A stretch of DNA of 64,000 nt from a virus (lineage: Duplodnaviria > Caudoviricetes): the IMG/VR virus record IMGVR_UViG_3300049021_000095, positions 3,103 through 67,102 of that record; one strand, written 5' to 3'. How positions within the stretch are numbered: the first letter of the stretch is position 1; each line of letters opens with the position of its first letter. A program made the position numbers and the translations under genes. The notes under the pieces are model-generated. The model was not told the DNA's origin. It saw only the letters and a program-made list of their open reading frames with translations, and ran no database searches. Positions 1 through 6,664 of this stretch are shown in pieces.

Positions 1-84
1 CTTGCCGCCAGGCGATCGCGCCACCGAAGGCCATGCCGGCGAGGGCGACGGCGGTGAGGCCTAGAGCGATCAAAAGGAAATCGG

Positions 85-426
85 TCAATGCTTCGACCTT
101 TCCGCATCCGCTACGATGCGAGCAGCCGGCTCGATCAGGTCGAGCGCCTCGATTAGCTCCTCGTGTTGCTGTCGCGAATGCTCGGACAGCTCCGCGTACA
201 TGCGGTCCCACTCGTCGCACGTGCGGGAAAGAGAACGGATGCACCGACCGCTTACGGCTTGTTCGATATGCAGACCGAGCAGCACGCCGAATACCGCGCA
301 CCAGCCGGGATTACCCGCGAGGTAGTCGCTCACGAGGAACCAGAGCAACATGCCGATCAGGGCGGCTTCTTTGAGCCAACCCGGGACGCGGGCCCATTGT
401 GCGCGGACGAATGACCGGGCGCTCAC
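85..426 (-). CDS. hypothetical protein with hydrophobic N-terminal helices (cro-side early operon)
   Basis: 113 aa ORF with two hydrophobic segments then a coiled coil; GTGA-type overlap with the upstream ORF. Confidence 0.55.
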   Translation of the reverse strand: MSARSFVRAQWARVPGWLKEAALIGMLLWFLVSDYLAGNPGWCAVFGVLLGLHIEQAVSGRCIRSLSRTCDEWDRMYAELSEHSRQQHEELIEALDLIEPAARIVADAERSKH

Positions 427-608
427 GACGCCGTCCCCTTTCGATCCGCTTCACCCGCTGGAGTAGTCCCGCGCCTGGACGCGCGATACACCCCAAGGGT
501 TACGGCCTCGGGCTGTGCAGCGCTGAACGCGCGCGCGCCTGATCGCCGATGCATACGCACGTTCTTGCTGGTGGCCCTGGTGGCCTCCGCACTGAACAAA
601 AGGGCCAT
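423..608 (-). CDS. small hypothetical protein
   Basis: ATG at 608 overlaps the upstream stop (TGATG); fills the gap in the operon. Confidence 0.35.
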   Translation of the reverse strand: MALLFSAEATRATSKNVRMHRRSGARAFSAAQPEAVTLGVYRASRRGTTPAGEADRKGTAS

Positions 609-973
609 CAGCCCGTCCTCCCCAAGACCGGGCCCTCGACCCAGCCAAGCATGTGGCGCAGCAAAACCGGCTGCGCTTCCGCGGGCAAAGCAGCGAACGC
701 CCACGCGGGGATCTGGCTGCTGCGCTGGTCGCCGCGCTCGAGCCAATCGCGCAGTGAGGTGTGGTCGCACGACATCTCACGCGAGATGGCGCGGAGCGAC
801 CAACCCGGGCGGGTGAGGAGGAAGTCGACGGCGGCGACGAAGGCCGCGTGAGCCTTGGAACGATGCGTGCACTTAGGGTCGGCCGATGCTTTCGACAGAC
901 CCGGACGCGCCTCATGCTTGGCCAGCTCGGCGCGGATCTGCGCGATCAGGTCGGGGGGCTGTGAGTGGCTCAC
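608..973 (-). CDS. HTH DNA-binding protein in a CII-like position
   Basis: WSLRAISREMSCDHTSLRDWL helix-turn-helix pattern; downstream of the cro-like gene. Confidence 0.6.
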   Translation of the reverse strand: MSHSQPPDLIAQIRAELAKHEARPGLSKASADPKCTHRSKAHAAFVAAVDFLLTRPGWSLRAISREMSCDHTSLRDWLERGDQRSSQIPAWAFAALPAEAQPVLLRHMLGWVEGPVLGRTG

Positions 974-1166
974 AGGCCAAACCTCGCTTCAACACGAAGC
1001 TGGTTCGCGGCTTCCTGATCGCCTTGCGGGTCGATGATCAGGACTTCGCCGGGGCGCGTGATGAGCTGCTCGGCGGGAACCGGGTGGACACTGCGGCGGA
1101 CCTCGTCGAACGAGAGCCAAGGGCCTTCGGGGTCGGCGAAGGTGCGGCGGGAGGGGGCGTAGGGCC

Positions 1167-1430
1167 TCAAGCGGCCTCGCCCAACGCTTCGATCTGTTCT
1201 TCGGTGGGCGGCACATCCCACCAGCCGACCTCAATCCCGTACCGGTGCAGGCGCAGCGCATCGACGCGGCTCGGCAGCTTCACCAGGTTCACGATTTTCG
1301 ACAGCGATGGCTGGTGAATCCCGCATTCGGCGTGGATCTCGTGTTGGCTCTTCGTCTTCAGCAGGAGCATCAGACTTGCCCAGCCTCGGCTCTTGGCGAC
1401 CTTCGTCGGCCTCGGGTTTGGTTCACTCAC
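1167..1430 (-). CDS. Cro-like XRE-family HTH regulator
   Basis: 87 aa; SQHEIHAECGIHQPSLSKIV HTH; divergent from the repressor gene. Confidence 0.75.
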   Translation of the reverse strand: MSEPNPRPTKVAKSRGWASLMLLLKTKSQHEIHAECGIHQPSLSKIVNLVKLPSRVDALRLHRYGIEVGWWDVPPTEEQIEALGEAA

Positions 1431-1438
1431 GATGCCTA

Positions 1439-1475
1439 GGTGTAATTCCTTTAGGTATCGATAGCAAACAGAATC
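1439..1475 (-). promoter_or_regulatory. leftward promoter with overlapping palindromic operator
   Basis: minus strand TTGCTA-17 nt-TACACC; contains GGTATCGATAGC, a near copy of the 2207-2234 palindrome. Confidence 0.7.
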
Positions 1476-1525
1476 AATCTGGCCGTTTGCGGGAGGAGCC
1501 GGAACCCGCGAGAACTACCGAGGAA

Positions 1526-1972
1526 ATGCCCCTGAGAAAAAAGAGCAAGCGCATTGCTCCGAAGGAGAAGGGGCAGCCTGCGCCGCCGGAGATGGCGGAC
1601 CTGCCGAAGCGCCTCACCGAGGCGATGGGGGCCTGGGAGGCCAGGCACAACAACACGAAGCTGTCGCAGCACGATCTCGCAGAAATGGCCGACCTCTCGC
1701 AGCCTGTGATTCAGAAGCTGCTGAGCGGCACCACATTGAAGGGCGTGGCGGCCGCTACCTTGCTGCGGATAGCGCGAGCTTTGGACGTGGATATTGCCTG
1801 GCTTCTTACTGGCGTCGAGGATCAGCCTCGTCGTCTGCCTCGCTATCGGGTGCCCGACGTCGAATCGCCGACTGCTGATGAAGGCGCTGTGACCGAGCTG
1901 CACGAGCCGTTGACGGGCCCTTCAACAAATCCGCCACGTCCACCGAACCACGAGCAAGCATCGCGTCAGTGA
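1526..1972 (+). CDS. CI-like phage repressor (XRE HTH, no recognisable S24 peptidase domain)
   Basis: LSQHDLAEMADLSQPVIQKLLSG...RIARALDVDIAWLLTG; GAGGAA ribosome-binding site before the ATG at 1526. Confidence 0.85.
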   Translation: MPLRKKSKRIAPKEKGQPAPPEMADLPKRLTEAMGAWEARHNNTKLSQHDLAEMADLSQPVIQKLLSGTTLKGVAAATLLRIARALDVDIAWLLTGVEDQPRRLPRYRVPDVESPTADEGAVTELHEPLTGPSTNPPRPPNHEQASRQ

Positions 1973-2206
1973 GCGTGAGCACGTAGGTCTCCGAGCCCGA
2001 CAAGCGCGCTACCAATCGCCCGCGGTGATCGTAGACACGCGCCGTCCAAACTCGCGACTTGCGCCCAATCTCCCGACTCCAGCCGTTCCCCATGTAGCCA
2101 AGCTCCTCGGTGGTCGATCCTAGACGCCTTTTGTCGGTCACGCATTCCGGTGAGTTTCCGGATATTTGCACCTGACCATCGGGCCGATGTTTTCCGTTTG
2201 GAATTA

Positions 2207-2241
2207 TTCCTCTTGCTATCGATAGCGAAAGGAATCAGATT
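2207..2241 (+). promoter_or_regulatory. rightward promoter with 28-bp palindromic operator
   Basis: TTCCTCTTGCTATCGATAGCGAAAGGAA dyad; TTGCTA-17 nt-CAGATT. Confidence 0.7.
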
Positions 2242-2255
2242 GGGTGGGTAAGCAG

Positions 2256-2369
2256 ATGGCAACCAAGACCCGCCCCGCCCCCTACACCTACCTGACCAGC
2301 GCCATCCGCCTCGCGGTCGTCTGCTGGCCCGTCGCCCTCGGCTTCGCTCTCGCCTGGATGGGTCGCTGA
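2256..2369 (+). CDS. 37 aa hydrophobic peptide
   Basis: first ORF after the promoter; MATKTRPAPYTYLTSAIRLAVVCWPVALGFALAWMGR. Confidence 0.45.
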   Translation: MATKTRPAPYTYLTSAIRLAVVCWPVALGFALAWMGR

Positions 2370-2370
2370 G

Positions 2371-2547
2371 ATGGCAACCACCCAGCCGGCCCCGAACTCC
2401 GCCCGCCCGAGCGGCGTGATCCTCGCCATCAGCCCGCTGGTCTTCGCGGCCATGAGCGCCGGCATGACCGCCGCCGAGGCGCTGGCCATCCAAGCGGCTC
2501 GTCGCGCTGAGCAGGCGCGGGTCGTGAGCTTGGGGGCTTCGCTGTGA
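2371..2547 (+). CDS. 58 aa peptide
   Basis: tightly packed between neighbours; stop overlaps the next GTG start. Confidence 0.45.
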   Translation: MATTQPAPNSARPSGVILAISPLVFAAMSAGMTAAEALAIQAARRAEQARVVSLGASL

Positions 2548-2858
2548 GCGCGCCCCGGATGATCTCGGCGTACGTCGCACTGCCGGATGGCAAGCGTGCC
2601 TGCCTCGTCTGCCTCGACACCTTCTGGGAGACGGAGGGCTCGTTCATCCTCGAGGTCGCGAACGACGAGCACGAGGTGGCGGCCAGGACGGGCGTTTGGC
2701 GCATCAAGTCCTCGGACGAGTGCGGGCGCGCGCTGTCCCTCGAGGATGACGAGACGAGCCCGGACCCGGTCGACGCCGAGATCGTCAATCAGCTGCTGGC
2801 CCTGCTGCTCACCGAGCACGGCGCCGCGTGGCGCTTCCAAGCCGTGGAGACCGTCTAA
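2544..2858 (+). CDS. hypothetical protein
   Basis: coupled starts and stops; high-GC third codon positions. Confidence 0.6.
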   Translation: MSAPRMISAYVALPDGKRACLVCLDTFWETEGSFILEVANDEHEVAARTGVWRIKSSDECGRALSLEDDETSPDPVDAEIVNQLLALLLTEHGAAWRFQAVETV

Positions 2859-3034
2859 TGCGAACAGGATTCGACCTTACCAAGCTGGCATCCCGCGCCT
2901 TCAACGCGCTCCGTCTCCGCCTCGTGCGCGGTCACAACGCCCGCGCGGCCGCCGTAAGCGCTCGTGACATCGATCTGGCCCGGGAGCGCAGCTGGGCTGC
3001 CGAGCGCGCCAAGGTCAGAAAGGCGGCGAAATGA
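2858..3034 (+). CDS. small hypothetical protein
   Basis: TAATG and ATGA overlaps with neighbours. Confidence 0.5.
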   Translation: MRTGFDLTKLASRAFNALRLRLVRGHNARAAAVSARDIDLARERSWAAERAKVRKAAK

Positions 3035-3348
3035 GCCAGCACTGGCTCGGCACCGGCATCGTCACCACCCTGACGACCGCCGCCTACCAGCGCGTGAGCG
3101 CCGTCACGGGCGACAACGTCGGTGAGCCGCTCGCGATCTCGGCGTACGTCATCCAGGACGGCGGCGAGGGCTTCACGTCCGAGACCTGCCTGGTCTGGAC
3201 CGATGAAACGCTCGCGCTGATCGCAGCGCTGAAGCTGGACTGCGAAGAACTCGTCGGCTGCGAGGAGGCTATCGAAGACGCCTTCTTTGCTGCCGAGCGG
3301 GAACACTGCCGCGTTGCTTACGTGAAGCAGCGCACGGAGGCCGCGTAG
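3031..3348 (+). CDS. hypothetical protein
   Basis: coupled ORF, acidic. Confidence 0.6.
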   Translation: MSQHWLGTGIVTTLTTAAYQRVSAVTGDNVGEPLAISAYVIQDGGEGFTSETCLVWTDETLALIAALKLDCEELVGCEEAIEDAFFAAEREHCRVAYVKQRTEAA

Positions 3349-3350
3349 CC

Positions 3351-3620
3351 ATGGCGAGCAACAATCCACACGAGCGCGCCGCGAGGGCCAAGAAAGTTTT
3401 GGCGATGGTCCAGGTCCTCGACGACCAGATGATCCGCCAGAAGCGCAACCCGCACGACCAGGCGGGGCTCGTGGTGCTCGCGTCGCTTGGATGGGTCGAG
3501 GCCGTTTGGCTGATGATTGCCAACAAGGCGGGCGTCAATCCACCGAGCGACGAGACGAAGGAAGGCCTGCGCGACGTGTATCGCGGGCGGGCCACGGCCA
3601 AGTTGCAGAGGGCAAGCTAA
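3351..3620 (+). CDS. hypothetical protein
   Basis: GGAGG upstream; coupled to the next ORF. Confidence 0.6.
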   Translation: MASNNPHERAARAKKVLAMVQVLDDQMIRQKRNPHDQAGLVVLASLGWVEAVWLMIANKAGVNPPSDETKEGLRDVYRGRATAKLQRAS

Positions 3621-4057
3621 TGCCCCGCAGCCCCTACTCCGGCATGAGCCGCCGTGACCGTGAGCTCGACGCCGCTGCGATGGCCCAGCGTGCGGCGGCA
3701 GTGGGGCCGCTGCTGGACGCGGCCGAGGAGGAAAGAACCATGTTCCCGATTCGCACTGGTCTCACCAAGGCCGACCTCGTGTTCCCGACGAACGTGGACG
3801 GCATGATCCCGCCACACCGCGAGATCCCCGAATACCCGCGGCGCCAGCACTTCGAGGACTTGGCGCAAACTTGGTTCTTCAGCGGCCTGAAGAACCTCAA
3901 GTCCAAGCCGCGCCAGGGCGTCAACGAGACGCAGGCGCTGGCGCACATCTCGTACGTGCTGCGCAGCTGGGAGCCGAAGCACGAGCACAAGATCGCGGGC
4001 GTCGCGTTCCTAATCAATGAGTGGTTCGAGGAGTTTAGCGGGGAGGCGGCGAAGTGA
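3620..4057 (+). CDS. conserved phage hypothetical protein
   Basis: WFFSGL...LRSWEPKHEHKIAGVAFLINEWF pattern familiar from phage early regions; TAATG overlap. Confidence 0.65.
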   Translation: MPRSPYSGMSRRDRELDAAAMAQRAAAVGPLLDAAEEERTMFPIRTGLTKADLVFPTNVDGMIPPHREIPEYPRRQHFEDLAQTWFFSGLKNLKSKPRQGVNETQALAHISYVLRSWEPKHEHKIAGVAFLINEWFEEFSGEAAK

Positions 4058-4275
4058 AAATGTGCCGTTGCTGCCAGCGCCAAGCCCGCATCACCGAGTG
4101 CCGGGATATCCGCCCATGGGTGCTCCCGTACCTGTATGGCTTGGTCGCTGAGCACGAGTGTGGAGGCACGCTGGCCTTCCTCTTGTGGGAGCTCAGCGAC
4201 GAGCAGCTGCTCATCGACGACCAGCTGGTTGTCACGTCGAGCGAGCGCGACTCGCGAGCAACAGAAGCCGCCTAA
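4054..4275 (+). CDS. small Cys-containing hypothetical protein
   Basis: GTGA overlap with the upstream stop. Confidence 0.45.
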   Translation: MKMCRCCQRQARITECRDIRPWVLPYLYGLVAEHECGGTLAFLLWELSDEQLLIDDQLVVTSSERDSRATEAA

Positions 4276-4280
4276 GACAA

Positions 4281-4297
4281 CGCCCGCACGCGGGCCG
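4281..4297 (+). promoter_or_regulatory. Ro-binding-like hairpin next to the Ro60 ribosome-binding site
   Basis: C-GCCCG-CACG-CGGGC-C-G, the same stem and bulged C as the modules at 6071-6086 and 6290-6305; GGGAGA follows 3 nt later. Confidence 0.5.
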
Positions 4298-4311
4298 AAT
4301 GGGAGATAGCA

Positions 4312-5946
4312 ATGAAGTACGCGCAGCATTTCAATCCGAACGCGACGCCGCAGACCGAGCAGGCGGACACTCGACAGGTCGAAAACAACCAGGGCGGGTT
4401 CGTGTTCACGGTCGACAAGTGGAAGCGGCTCGAGCGGTTCCTGATACTTGGCAGCGAAGGCGGCAGCTACTACGCAACGGAGCGCAATCTCACCGTCGAG
4501 AACGCCAAGTGTGTTCAGGAGTGCTGCGCCGAGGATGGCGCCCGTGCGGTTCGTGTCATCACGGAGATCTCGGAGGCGGGTCGCGCGCCGAAGAATGACC
4601 CGGCGGTTTTCGCCCTGGCGCTTGCCGCGGCACACACGAACCCGGAGGCCAAGCGGGCGGCCCTGGCGGCGCTACCGCGCGTCTGCCGCATCGGGACCCA
4701 CCTGTTTCAGTTCGCAGAGGCAGTCAACCAGTACCGCGGCTGGGGGCGAGGCCTCCGAAAGGCCGTGGGCGCCTGGTATACGGGCAAGACTCCCGATCAA
4801 GTCGCGTTTCAGGTCGCCAAGTACGGCCAGCGCAACGGCTGGTCTCACCGCGACCTGCTGCGTCTCGCTCACCCGGAGCAGACAGCCGAGCTGGCCAGCG
4901 TGTTTCGCTACATCGTTGCTGGCATTGACGGCGGCGGGGATCGCCACGTGGTCAGCAAAGACAAGCCGTCGCGCGAATACCCGGATCCAGGAGCGCTGCC
5001 CGGGTTCCTTCATGCCTTCGAGGAGCTGAAAGGCGCCGACGAGAAGCGAACGATCGCGCTCATCGCGGAGCACGGCTTCACGCACGAGATGATTCCCTCC
5101 GAGCACAAGAACTCGGCGGCTGTTTGGGAGGCGTTGCTTGAGAAAATGCCACCGGGTGCCCTGATTCGGAACCTCGCGAAGATGACCGCCGTTGGTCTGT
5201 TGAGGCCGATGTCGGGCGCGATCTCGCTCGTAGCCGAGCGCCTGACGAACGAGACGGCGCTCAAGAAGGCGCGCGTCCACCCGATCGCGATGCTGTCGGC
5301 GCTGAAAGTCTACCAGCAAGGCCACGGGGATAAAGGTTCCCTGACATGGTCACCGGTTCCCCAGATCGTCGACGCCTTGGATGCGGGGTTCTACGCGGCG
5401 TTCGGCGCCATTGAGCCGAGCGGAAAACGGATGCTTCTGGCGCTGGACTGCTCGGCTTCGATGACTTGGCCGTCGTCGCAGATCGCCGGGCTGAAGATCA
5501 CAGCTCGGGAGGCATCGGCGTGTATGGCGCTGGTCACGGCACGGAGCGAGAAGAACTGGCACATCATGGGCTTCTCGACGTCGCTCGTCGACATCCCGAT
5601 CACTCCCAGGCAGCGGCTCGACGACGTGATCCAAACCATCGAGCGCGTGCATGCCGGTGGCACCGATTGCTCATTGCCGATGCTGTGGGCGTCTGGCGCC
5701 GACGTTGGCGTGGACATGTTCACCGTCTACACGGACAACGAAACCGCTCACGGTCGCGTGCATCCGTTCCAGGCGCTGAAGGCGTACCGCGCCAAGTCCG
5801 GAATCCAAAACGCGAAGCTCGCCGTCGTCGGCTGCGTCGCGAGCAACTTCACGATTGCAGATCCCACCGACGCCGGAATGCTCGACGTTGTTGGATTCGA
5901 CACGGCAGCACCGCAAGTGCTTGCCTCGTTTGCTGGAGGAGAGTAA
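4312..5946 (+). CDS. rsr: Ro60-related RNA-binding protein (TROVE + vWA domains)
   Basis: N-terminal QVENNQGGFVF..RLERFLILGSEGGSYY and HRDLLRLAH TROVE motifs; MIDAS LALDCSASM, GGTDCSLPM and YTDNET in the vWA domain. Confidence 0.96.
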   Translation: MKYAQHFNPNATPQTEQADTRQVENNQGGFVFTVDKWKRLERFLILGSEGGSYYATERNLTVENAKCVQECCAEDGARAVRVITEISEAGRAPKNDPAVFALALAAAHTNPEAKRAALAALPRVCRIGTHLFQFAEAVNQYRGWGRGLRKAVGAWYTGKTPDQVAFQVAKYGQRNGWSHRDLLRLAHPEQTAELASVFRYIVAGIDGGGDRHVVSKDKPSREYPDPGALPGFLHAFEELKGADEKRTIALIAEHGFTHEMIPSEHKNSAAVWEALLEKMPPGALIRNLAKMTAVGLLRPMSGAISLVAERLTNETALKKARVHPIAMLSALKVYQQGHGDKGSLTWSPVPQIVDALDAGFYAAFGAIEPSGKRMLLALDCSASMTWPSSQIAGLKITAREASACMALVTARSEKNWHIMGFSTSLVDIPITPRQRLDDVIQTIERVHAGGTDCSLPMLWASGADVGVDMFTVYTDNETAHGRVHPFQALKAYRAKSGIQNAKLAVVGCVASNFTIADPTDAGMLDVVGFDTAAPQVLASFAGGE

Positions 5947-5955
5947 GAATGTCGA

Positions 5956-6017
5956 GCGCGAGCCGAAGTCAACGGGTTACCCTTGTAAAGCACCCCGTCG
6001 GCGTTCCTTGTTCGCGC
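5956..6017 (+). ncRNA. minimal Y RNA module 1
   Basis: GCGCGAGC/GTTCGCGC terminal stem, bulged C, GAAG/TT, 5-nt bulge, ACGGG/CCCGT stem, loop starting TTAC; matches the Ro-binding bulged helix of Y RNAs. Confidence 0.8.
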
Positions 6018-6022
6018 GTATG

Positions 6023-6146
6023 TGCTCCGTCGTCTAATGGCAGGACGCTAAAACCCGGTGTAGGTAATTTGCCCGTTCGCGGGCCGCGCTGTGCCGGTTA
6101 CCATCTTCAAGGAAGAAATGCGGGTTCGAGTACCGCCGGAGCCGCC
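6023..6146 (+). ncRNA. tRNA-like Y RNA 1 (Ro-binding helix in place of the anticodon arm)
   Basis: acceptor GCTCCG/CGGAGC, D arm GTCTAATGGCAGGAC, T loop TTCGAGT; about 70 nt insert with TTTGCCCG-TTCG-CGGGC-C-G then CCGG-TTAC. Confidence 0.8.
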
Positions 6147-6217
6147 GAAGTCAGAGCCGAAGTCTACGGGTTATCTTTTTGGAAGAACCCTCCCGTTGAC
6201 ACCACTTGCTCGGCTTC
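6147..6217 (+). ncRNA. minimal Y RNA module 2
   Basis: GAGC-C-GAAGTC...GAC-ACCAC-TT-GCTC; ACGGG/CCCGT stem; loop starting TTAT. Confidence 0.85.
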
Positions 6218-6224
6218 TTGTTAC

Positions 6225-6361
6225 GGAACCAGTAGCTCAGTTGGTAGAGCAAAAGTATTCGCGAAAGCGATATCGGCCGCTCAGTCTTTGCCCGGAAACG
6301 GGCCGCAGAATGGTCGTTACCTGGAACTTTGGGTCGCGGGTTCGAGTCCCGCCTGGTTCCC
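6225..6361 (+). ncRNA. tRNA-like Y RNA 2 (Ro-binding helix inserted in the anticodon loop)
   Basis: 8-bp acceptor GGAACCAG/CTGGTTCC, canonical D arm, anticodon stem AAAGT/ACTTT, V loop GGGTC, perfect T arm; 69-nt insert with TTTGCCCG-GAAA-CGGGC-C-G and GGTCG-TTAC. Confidence 0.85.
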
Positions 6362-6362
6362 T

Positions 6363-6430
6363 GAGGCACGAGCCGAAGTCACGCGCTTATCAGGCTTGAA
6401 GAACGCGCGCGGCAACACTTGCTCGGCCTC
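6363..6430 (+). ncRNA. minimal Y RNA module 3
   Basis: GAGGC/GCCTC outer stem, GAGC-C-GAAGTC...GGC-AACAC-TT-GCTC, CGCGC/GCGCG stem, loop starting TTAT. Confidence 0.85.
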
Positions 6431-6454
6431 AATGTGTGCGACGGGGGCTGCGTA

Positions 6455-6664
6455 ATGGACCAAGCCGACCTCGAATACCTCGCCTCAACGCTCGCGGCGG
6501 AGCTGGACCTGCCGACGCTGCGCGACCGGTTTGCGGCGGCGGCCATGCAGGGCTTGTTGGCGTCGGCCAAAGACTTTGCGGGCACACCTGAGGACTTGGC
6601 GGCGATGGCTTACGAGCAGGCGGACGCGATGGTGGCTGAGCGCGGGCGGAAGGCGGGGAATTGA
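6455..6664 (+). CDS. conserved small phage protein
   Basis: TLRDRFAAAAMQG...AY.QADAM..ER motif, widespread in phage early regions. Confidence 0.75.
   Translation: MDQADLEYLASTLAAELDLPTLRDRFAAAAMQGLLASAKDFAGTPEDLAAMAYEQADAMVAERGRKAGN

Noticed and set aside
970-1221. 83 aa minus-strand ORF after cro
   Set aside because: No convincing start or ribosome-binding site; a shorter gene may exist, but its boundaries could not be supported.
3634-4635. 333 aa minus-strand ORF
   Set aside because: Antisense shadow of well-supported plus-strand genes, including Ro60.
6023-6361. Two ordinary tRNA genes, or tRNAs with group I introns
   Set aside because: The roughly 70-nt inserts are far too short for a group I core, show no clear bulge-helix-bulge, and instead reproduce the Ro-binding helix of the neighbouring Y modules.
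5956-6430. CRISPR or TIGR-type array from the repeated GAGCCGAAGTC
   Set aside because: Spacing is irregular, each repeat pairs with a partner TTGYTC strand, and there is no cas or Nop-domain gene.
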